Position numbers and translations under genes: made by a program. Under the pieces are notes generated by a model that worked only from the letters and a program-made list of their open reading frames with translations, made no database searches and was not told where the DNA came from. 64,000 nt of DNA from Octopus sinensis. Its lineage: Eukaryota. This document shows positions 55,101-64,000 of the stretch, piece by piece (within the stretch, counting starts at the first letter, position 1; each line of letters begins with the position of its first letter). The DNA lies in the NCBI RefSeq assembly GCF_006345805.1, contig NC_043003.1, positions 44,640,001 to 44,704,000 on the forward strand, given 5' to 3'.

Positions 55101-56088
55101 CCTAGCAGAAGCGTAAATAATTTCATTTAACTCAGTAAAATCAGGTTTTAATTCTCGTATTATTTCATTTGTTACATAGTTGCCAATTTGGATTTGTTTT
55201 TTATTTTGTTTGTATTTGAGAGTTTATGAAGCGGTTCTCTATCATTCATACTTGTATGTCTTACAACTTCAAGCGTATTCAGGATTTTCTGCCTCATTTC
55301 TGCCATAGACTCTCTGTGTTCTTCAGCAAATGCGAGATCTTCAGTTACTGTTGTTTTTTCGTTTTCCTGGCTATCTTTAACAGGTACAATAGAATTTCTT
55401 GTATCTTCAGGCCTTTGGGTACTTTGGTCAGATGGCAGTCTTTCAATTAAGCCTCGTGGCGGGCTATACTGTTTATCTGATTCTTCATTTCCTTTGTGTC
55501 TTATATTTATGTCATTTTCCGTTGCGTGCTTGATCGCACTTATTTCACTGTCTGTGAGTCTGTTATTTCTAAAGATATCCCTCCTCACATTTGCTAATTT
55601 GTTCTCGTCCAAATAGGGCCTACTGTCTTGATTCCGTGTTCTCCATATACTGTAAGAGTTTGCGGTGTGTCTCTCTTGAGATGGCCTACCTAATGCATAG
55701 TAATAAGCGTATATTACTTCTTTATACTCTTCTCGGGTCCATTTGTTCCGCTTACATTTTTCTTTCTGTGGTGGTTGTGGTGGTGAACTTGGAGGGCTCG
55801 AGTTGGGGGATTTCCCGTTCAAGTGACCATCCATGTCCGTATTCGGAGAAGAGTTTGTGCCAGTTGATGACTTTTCGATCCCAGGCTGGCTCTTCCCTGG
55901 GGGACGCGCTTCCAGATTAACCATAGGACAAGCGATTTGGTATACTGATTTAGTTTTCCTTTTAGTTTCCAAAAACATTTTGGTGCTACGATAATGTTAT
56001 CATTTTTTAGCTTTGATTGGCTCGTGGGGAGACGGCCATCATTGCCGTTACAATTATAATCGTACCATTATAGCAGCCGTAGTCGGCT
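52118..56088 (-). mobile_element. Near-full-length (~4 kb) R4/Dong-clade non-LTR retrotransposon (element D)
   Basis: Single long ORF broken into five pieces: N-terminal KRNKWTREEYKEVIYAYYYAL domain; RT motifs (KSPGKD, YRPITCL, QKG, WIDYKKAFDS, GIFQGDSLSP, YMDDLKL); CCHC CRFCNDMIETVDHLISGC; RLE KPDIVV..LIDMSIP..KYKDL. (AAT)n-type tracts at both ends (52099-52117; ~56089-56103). Confidence 0.92.
52291..55978 (-). pseudogene. Disrupted RT-zinc knuckle-RLE polyprotein ORF of element D
   Basis: Two frameshifts at homopolymer runs (~55200 and ~54725) and two in-frame TAA stops (53860-53862, 53179-53181) connect ORFs 55172..55978, 54660..55082, 53860..54720, 53179..53841 and 52291..53163. Confidence 0.88.
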
Positions 56089-56514
56089 TATTATTGTTAT
56101 TATCTTCACCATTACCATCACTATCATCATTATCACCACCATTACCATCATCATCATCATCATCACCATCACCATCACCACCATCATCATCAATGATATT
56201 GTTTTATGTGTAGTCACAGCAGTATCTTATTATTGTTTTTTTTTGTTTTTTTATCATTATCACCATCACAGTAGTGTCTGTCTGTCTCGTTGGCTGGCTG
56301 ACTGTCTTCAATGCCAGAGTTCTTGTCTGTCAAATAATACTTTCATATTTGGTTAACAATAGAGCCGAGGTGAGGTTTGTGTGTGAGTGTGTAGATAGAT
56401 AGATAGAATATCAGCACTATTACTATCTTTTTTTTTTTTTTTTTTTTTTTTGGGTGGGGTCAAAAAAAGTTCAGATGTTTACTACTATTAGCCTTAAGAA
56501 AAATTAAGGAAGGG

Positions 56515-57434
56515 GTTCCTGTATTGTTTGTGAATAGAGAAGTTGTGTTCGACCAGAGAGAATCTTAGCATCATCATTTTTTTTCCATGTGCGTTTGTGT
56601 TATTGCAATAAAAAGTGTTTGTATATTTCGTGTAAGGTAATATTGTGGAGGTTGAAGTTGACTTTTCTAGAGATGTTTGTATGTCCAGTTAGAAGAACAG
56701 GTGTGTTTTTGCAATAAAAAGTATATGTTTACATTTATATTTGAATATTCAGGGAGGAAGCAAAGAAAAGTCAGATTTTCATAGAAAGTTTTACGGTTTT
56801 CAAAGTCCACAAAAAGAAAAGCGTGATGTTTTTAGAGAGAAGAAAAAAAAAAAAGGATGTTTACAGAGGCAATTGTGGGTATCAAAGTTTTTAAAGCTGG
56901 TCGAATGTATGATTGAAAACTGTAGATATGTAAATTTGTAAATTTTCTTAACTTATTTTGAAGGGCTGTTCTGTATCATTTGTGAATAGAGAAGCTGTGT
57001 TCGACCAGAGAGAATCTTTGCATCATTATTTTTTCCATGTGCGTTTGCGTTATTGCAATAAAAAGTGTTTGTATATTTCGTGCAAGGTAATATTGTGGAG
57101 GTTGAAGTTGACCCCTCTAGAGATGTTTGTATGCCCAGTTAGAAGAACAGGTGTGTTTTTGCAATAAAAAGTATATGTTTACATTTATATTTGAATATTC
57201 TGGGAGGAAGCAAAGAAAAGTCAGATTTTCATAGAAAGTTTTAGGGTTTTGCAAGTCCACAAAAAGAAAAGAAGAAAAGCGTGATGTTTTTAGAGAGAAG
57301 AAAAAAAAAAGAAAAAAAGAAAAAAGGTTGCTTACAGAGGCAGTTGTGGGTATTAAAGTTTTTAAAGCCGATCGGATGTATGTTTGAAAGCTGTAGATAC
57401 GTAAATTTGTAAATTTCTTAACCCACTTTGAAGA
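56515..57434. repeat. Tandem duplication of a ~452-bp unit (two diverged copies)
   Basis: GTGAATAGAGAAG at 56530 and 56982; colinear to ~56965 and ~57434; each copy has two GCAATAAAAAGT motifs and an A-rich stretch. Confidence 0.9.
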
Positions 57435-57597
57435 GAATTTCAAATACTCACGAGGTATTGTAGATGTTCCAGTCTTTGAGAGTTATTTTTCCCCGTTGCT
57501 AAACTGGCCCATATTAGTGTTTCTATGGCTTTCGGCCACCGAACTGTCAGAGCAATGAGGAGCACGTCCAGCCGCTGTCAAGGCTGGTGCTTCTCTC

Positions 57598-57694
<97 letters not shown>

Positions 57695-57830
57695 CAACAT
57701 CATCATGATCATCATCATCACCACCACCATCAACACCAACACCACCACCACCACCACCACCACCACCACCACCATCATCATCATCATAATCATTATTATT
57801 ATTATTATTGTTATTATTATTATTATTATT

Positions 57831-58767
57831 CTATGGTTGACTTTTGCTTTATGCCTGTACAAGTTGGCTCCAAGTCTCACCCAGAGACCTCAAGAAACAA
57901 CAGGCTAGAAGTTCTGTGCCATATATTTGGGGTTTTTTGGGGTTTTTTTGGTGTTGTACTAGTGAATGTCTAATACATAAAAAAAAAGAAATAAATAAAA
58001 AAGTTTGTTTTAAACCTTAGGATTACATAGAGAGTATTTTGCGTAGGATATGAGCAGTTCCCATGTGCACTATCTTTTGAATTTCTGCCATTTTGGGGTT
58101 TCCTGGTATCTGAGTTAGGTAGCAATCAGTCCCTTTCGGTATCATTCCCAGGGCACCTATGACAACAGGTATTGTTTTAGTCTTCAGCTTCCACATTTTG
58201 CTGATTTCTATTTCAAGATCTTTATATTTGCTCAGTTTTTGGTAGGTCTTGACAGATATGTTTATATCGATTGGGACAGTCATATCAATGAGGAGGCATG
58301 TTCTTTGTCTGAAGTCTTTCAATATAATGTCTGGCCTATTTGCATCTATCTTCCTGTCACTTTGAATGGTGAAGTTCCAGAGGAGTGAGATGTGGTCATT
58401 TTCAAGCACAGGAGGTGGATTGTGTTCCCACCAGTTTTTTTCATGGGGCAAATCCAGGTTTTTGCAAATTACCCAGTGAATATATTGTGCAGCTCTATCA
58501 TGCCTACTGAGGTACTCTGTAGGCGCTAGAAGACTGCATTTGGAGACAACATGGTCAATGGCTTCATTTTGTTGTCGGCATACACGACATGATGGGCTAC
58601 TGCCGTTCTTTAATATGTTGGCCTGGTAGTTTCTTGTTGGTAGGCATTGAACTTGAGCTGCTATGATAAACCCCTCTGTTTCAGATTAAAAGCCAGAGGC
58701 CATTAGCCATTGATGGGTCAGGGCTTTGTCGATATCTGCATTATTCGCTCTCTTTGGGTATTTGCCA
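57831..58767 (-). mobile_element. RLE LINE 3' fragment E
   Basis: GKYPKRANNADIDKALTHQWL...EGFIIAAQ...CRVCRQQNEAIDHVVSKC...RHD...NRPDIILKD...LIDMTVP...KYKDLEIE...GTAHILRKILSM plus a 190-bp 3' UTR; (ATT)n on both sides. Confidence 0.9.
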
Positions 58768-58780
58768 TATTATTATTATT

Positions 58781-59122
58781 CAGTAGTTTTATTTTTATTT
58801 TTATAGCGTGCTTTCACTTCACTACCGAGCGCAGCTCTGTGTGCCTTGGGTATGTGCTGTGATTTGTTGTGATGCTCTGATGGTTATTGTATGGAAAGTG
58901 TTCTGCGTAGGATGTGTGCAGGGCCTAGTAGTGAAATTTTCTGTATGTTATATGTGTTTGTAAGTCCTGGTGTTTTTGTTATGTATTTGTCTGAATATTT
59001 TTTTATCATGCCTAATGCGCCTACTATGATAGGAATTGTTTCTGTTTTCAGATTCCACATTCTAGTTACCTCTATTTCCAGGTCTTTGTATTTTGAGAGT
59101 TTCTCCATTTCTTTTAGAGACA
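58781..59122 (-). mobile_element. RLE LINE 3' fragment G (same family as C)
   Basis: Nearly identical to 51548-51823 but with a complete 3' UTR; (ATT)n at 58768-58780 and 59123-59330. Confidence 0.9.
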
Positions 59123-59255
59123 TATTATTATTATTGTTATTATTATTATTATTGTTATTATTATTATTATTGTTATTATTATTATTATTGTTATTATTAT
59201 TATTATTATTGTTATTGCTGTTGTTGTCATGATTATTATTATTATTATTTTTATG

Positions 59256-59326
<71 letters not shown>

Positions 59327-60666
59327 TATTAACATCGTTATATTCAGCTCCAGTATTTTCTCTATGTTAAAACTTTGATGTCACAGTTATCATGTTGTAC
59401 CTGGAATCATGTTGTACCTGGACTTTCAATTGCATAACATCGGTATTTAATTGAATAAGAAAGATACATTCCTGGGAAACTGCTCGTCTTCTATAAGAAG
59501 GAACTTATTTCTCATGACTCTCCTTTGTGAAGGAAACGTCTCCAATATTAACGAGATTTACAAGACCCATTTATAATAATTTATTCGTTAATAACTTTCA
59601 TAACGATCTATGGTATCACAATTTTTATATTCTCCGCTTAAATTGGCATGTTTTTCCATAATTTGTCCTAGGTTAATAATCTAGATATCTCGTATACTAC
59701 TGAGATTAATCATGAAAGTTGTCCTTTCTCAACAAATATTTTGTGTTGCTCCAATAAGATAAAATATCTGTAGGGAGGAGTAGAAGGAAAGTGTATGCAG
59801 AAGATTGGTGCAATGCAGTATCAATAATATATTTTTCTCATTGAGTTACAATAATATTCCTCGCCTCTTTCTTTATCTCCCTTTGCTTTCTGTGTTCAAA
59901 TGCTTATGCGTTTTCTGTTGCCTGTTTGGATAATACAAGAGTCAGTCAAATGCTCTAAGTGATTGATTTTCTGTCTCTGCCTGCCGAATATGGGTATCAT
60001 TGTATGTATACTAAAAACCGGTACTATGTAAACCAATCAAAATCGATATAGGCAAAGAGCTACCCTTGTTATCTGCAAATACAATTACACTATTTCATCT
60101 CCCTTCAGCAAAAAAGTATTTACTTTCTATCAACATTTCGATTTAGAAAAGCTAAAATAAGAATGTCGACCATCTTATGATCACTAAATCATAGGGTGTT
60201 CTGATTACCGATGGAAATCATGTCAATTATTAATTCCCTTGCAAAGTATAGCAAACTAGTTTGTTATCAGTATAAATACTCTTCACAGAATTCACATATG
60301 TGACAGATATTGTCAAGTAATGAACTTTTTTGGTATTACTGGCGTATAATAGTAAAGCATTCTACAGAAGAATCATGATATATGGAATAGAGATACTTTC
60401 AGAGATATGATGTGAAATACAAAGTAATCTCTGAACACACGTTCACAGATTTAATTAAAGTCATCTTTAAATTAGATTATCTCCTTGGAATACGTGTGAA
60501 ATTCTAACAGTTTTAAGGAGGATTCTGTAACTGAGCTACATTGGAAATGGGGCCAAAATTAGTAAAGTAACAAACAACTATACACATATCAAGTAACATA
60601 TTAAACAAACACAAACACAAGCACACACATGTGTACATATATAACTGTGTACATATATATGTACAT

Positions 60667-60756
<90 letters not shown>

Positions 60757-60782
60757 TATACATACATACATGCATGCATACA

Positions 60783-60813
<31 letters not shown>

Positions 60814-61140
60814 GTATATATGTATATTCACATATATATTTATCCATAATGATAGGTAGATAGATAGATATATGCCTCCTTTTACGGAAGTAATGCCTTC
60901 TAGAAAATCTGGAGTAACGCGAAATCACGTGATGCGAAATTAATTGTTCCTATCAAAGCAGATTTCCATTCTACAAACTTTTCTGAAAAAAGAAAGGAAA
61001 ATTAAAAAAAGTTAATACTCGAAACAACACAGAAAAGCTTAAACGATTTCTAAACATAAATGGTAGACCATAGTACATAAAAACGCGAAAAAAACATTTC
61101 AAGAGCTATGTCGTACCTTCTTTCCACATATAATAATTTC

Positions 61141-61322
61141 TTCTACTCTAAGCATACAGCCCGAATATTTTTGGGAGGGGGCAACTGGTACTTAATTTTT
61201 TGACACCAAATGATGAAAGGCGAAGTAGACCTCGACGGCATTTGAACTCAGTACGTAAAGACAGACGAAATACCGCTAAGCATTTCACCCAGTGAGCTAA
61301 CGTTTCTGCCAGTTCACCGCCA
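61141..61322 (-). mobile_element. Family-B SINE (second tail type), internally deleted
   Basis: Reverse complement of GGCGGTGAACTGGCAGAAACGTTAGC...GAGTTCAAATGCCGTCGAGGTC...CCCCTCCCAAAAATATTCGGGCTGTATGCTTAGAGTAGAA. Confidence 0.75.
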
Positions 61323-61549
61323 TTCCATACACATGATATTGTTTATGGTGTAAGGGATGGTGGAATGGGCATTATTAGAAGGATAATGGTATGGTCAATA
61401 TTTATTATCTATAGCTCATTATCACGAATATCAGCGTGAGGGGTGAAGATCTAATCTCTAGGTTATTGTTGTTGATGACACATCATCTCTTTGTACAGCT
61501 CAGAATAACAGCTGAGCTCATTGTAAAACACCTTTAATTTTTATGTAAC

Positions 61550-62150
61550 GTTCATGATTACGATGACTATCAACAAAATCCTGCAGACCTTACTCTAGAA
61601 GTGTCAACCTTTTAGCAATAATTTTTGTAGCAATTTCATATGAAGTAGACGGAACTTTTGATGCTTTATATTTATCCTCAACTCTTTCTTTTCAAGTATT
61701 ATCTCCTCGTATGATTAACCTTTTCTCAGGAAAACTAGCAACTCAATTATATTATACTCTATGACTTGTACAAATACTACACCCATTCCAAGTTTTACAA
61801 TAACTTTCCGAATTTGATGTTGAAATTGTGCTTGAGGAAAACTTGTAATCTCATGGATATATTCTGAGCATATACTTGTCCAAGTACTAATCAAATTTGT
61901 AGGTTACATTTCAACCGATAACTCAGTTGTATTGTCCACAGCATTTATAATGTGGAATGTCTTTCAGAAAACTCGATTATTTTCCTTGTCAACTGATTTC
62001 ATATGCCACGAAGTTACCTATGACACATTGATCCACTGGCTATAGGAAAGAAGTTGCATTCTTGGAGATATTCTACTTTCATATTATTACAGTTGTCATT
62101 TAATTTAAAGTCTATGTACATTTTCTAAAAGAAATTTCATCTGATTTTAT
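61550..62150 (-). mobile_element. Ancient Tigger/pogo transposase remnant
   Basis: Minus reading NMKVEYL/KNATSFL*PVDQCVIGNFVAY at ~62000-62085 matches the DDE_1 motif FLPPNTTSLLQPLDQGII..FKAYY; boundaries uncertain. Confidence 0.4.
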
Positions 62151-62685
62151 AGACAATTTACCATGTGCACTACTGATTAAGACATAAATACACACGCACA
62201 TATGCAAATACACTCATAACACACACATTCACACACGTTTAGTCATCCACACACACAAGCACACACATGCACAGCATGTGTTTGCTTAAGTACTAATGTG
62301 TTGTAACCATTTGGATTGAAATGTCGGTGAGATGATAGTGTGGATTATGTGGGTTGCATTGGTTTAGATGTTTGTGACGGTGGGTGTGTATTGTTGTTGT
62401 TGTGTTTCTAATTCTATTGTTGGGGCTATGTAGTCTCGAAGCAATCACTGTTGACCTAAGATTAAAGTTATTTCATTGAACGTTTAAAATACACCATGAT
62501 TTTATTTGAAATAGACATTGTGGCCTACATCATACTCTATGTTATTGTCGGGAGTTGCATTCGTGTTCATGATAAAAGCTCAGACGGACACGCATATTCA
62601 AACACACATTTATCCATCCATTCATCAATCCATACATACATACATTCATACATACATAAATACGGCCATACTTGCGTACATATAT

Positions 62686-63482
62686 AATATCGATCATCAA
62701 AGCAGTTTATCATGGTCCAAAAGCCGGATTACTACTTTCCATTTTGTTGGCTACGCGTTTGCAATCTAAGAACAAGAAATATCAACCAATTACCTCATGA
62801 ACAAAGGGGATAGAGATGCAGGAAAAGCCGTAAATGTGACAACCGATGCAGACTTTGTGGAGTTCACACTGAAGATCTCACGGACATCATAAGCAGTTGT
62901 CTGAAAATGTCATCACGGTATTAATTACCGATGAGACGTGATGTTGTAGCTAGGGCACTCTATTATGAAATCCGTGGGATGGATAATCCCAAGGACAAAG
63001 AACTAAGAACCCACAATGTGTTTGAATCCATAGCCACTCATAATAAAAAGGGATACTTTTTGTAAGCACAACAGACCTGATATAATGATTTGGGATAGAG
63101 GAGAGAAACTTGCGTACAGTTGTAGAAATGAGTTGCTCTGCAGAAGTTGACAAAGCTGAAGATGAGTGGAAAAGTGAACACTTACGTTGAATTATTGAGA
63201 AATCTGCAGTTACTCTATCCAAACAATCAGTTCAGGTTTATAGCGGTAATTATTGGGACCCTGGGATATGTAACACACTGCCTAAATCTCAATCTTGAGA
63301 AATTACGCTTCTCAAAACCAGAAAGGAGAAAGCTAATTCGAAGATTACTGATCCAATCCATCACTGGAACTGTACAAATCTGTAAAACTTTCCATAAGTT
63401 TATCGTTTAAATATACATAAGCATGACTAGATATGCAACTATATGCATGAGAATATATACAAAAAAAAACATACAAATCTGA
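62686..63482 (+). mobile_element. Divergent RLE LINE 3' fragment flanked by (CATA)n
   Basis: AI*EQEISTNYL...CRLCGVHTEDLTDIISSC (CCHC-like)...KHNRPDIMIWD...VVEMSC...KVNTYVELLRNL...VIIGTLGYV; (CATA)n at ~62630-62657 and 63483-63535. Confidence 0.75.
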
Positions 63483-63848
63483 ACATACATACATGCATAC
63501 ATACATATATACATACATATATACATCCATACATACAAACAAAAATACCCTGTTGTTGATGTTAAAATTCTTATCAAAGTGCGTTGGATCTAGGTTAGAA
63601 GCCGGTTTTTCCCTTTTGGCAAGAAACCTTGAAATATACTGAATAAAGACATATATATATATATAGACACAAACATAGTCACACCCATACACACATATAT
63701 AGGGCTAGAAGTATGTATATGTGTACGTATATGCATGTATGTAAGCACGTGTGTGTGGTGTGTGTGCGTGTGCATATGTATATACAAATGTTTATATTTG
63801 TATATGTATCTCTATATGGGAACAAATACATTTGAATGTATACGTACT

Positions 63849-63920
<72 letters not shown>

Positions 63921-64000
63921 CAGGCATACATTATATTATATTCTTATACATGCGTAGGTATACCTTCAGTGCGTATGTATGAATTTGATTATTCATGAAT

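Noticed and set aside
55990-56088. HDV-like ribozyme at the 5' end of element D
   Set aside because: A P3/L3-like CGTCTCCCCACG is present, but I could not find P1 pairing or the P1.1 GG.
49985-59330. CRISPR-like repeat-spacer array (elements alternating with AAT tracts)
   Set aside because: Eukaryotic context, variable microsatellite 'repeats', spacers are retroelement 3' ends, and there are no cas genes.

Overview
AT-rich, repeat-saturated eukaryotic DNA, most likely Octopus/cephalopod intronic or intergenic sequence (inferred from the SINE families and dense TA, TATG, GATA, AAT, AGT and GAA microsatellites). No host protein-coding gene can be supported; nearly all listed ORFs are microsatellite artefacts or retroelement fragments. 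Highlights: (1) Three type I hammerhead ribozyme motifs in two Penelope/retrozyme-like elements next to (TA)n: a 536-bp partial tandem at 545-1284 and a ~610-bp foldback at 29241-29853 with two outward-pointing ribozymes. (2) A stack of six R4/Dong-like restriction-like-endonuclease (RLE) LINE pieces from about five families in (AAT)n tracts at 50-59.3 kb, including a ~4-kb near-full-length copy. (3) A different RLE family between (CATA)n tracts and a Tx1/L1-like LINE between (GATA)n tracts, suggesting retroelements that partition different microsatellites as targets. (4) A SINE family whose 3' tail matches the 3' end of that Tx1-like LINE. Mariner, pogo and Tigger remnants, an 18-bp minisatellite with an open frame, and local duplications at (TA)n tracts are also present. 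All alignments and folds were done by eye, so boundaries are approximate.
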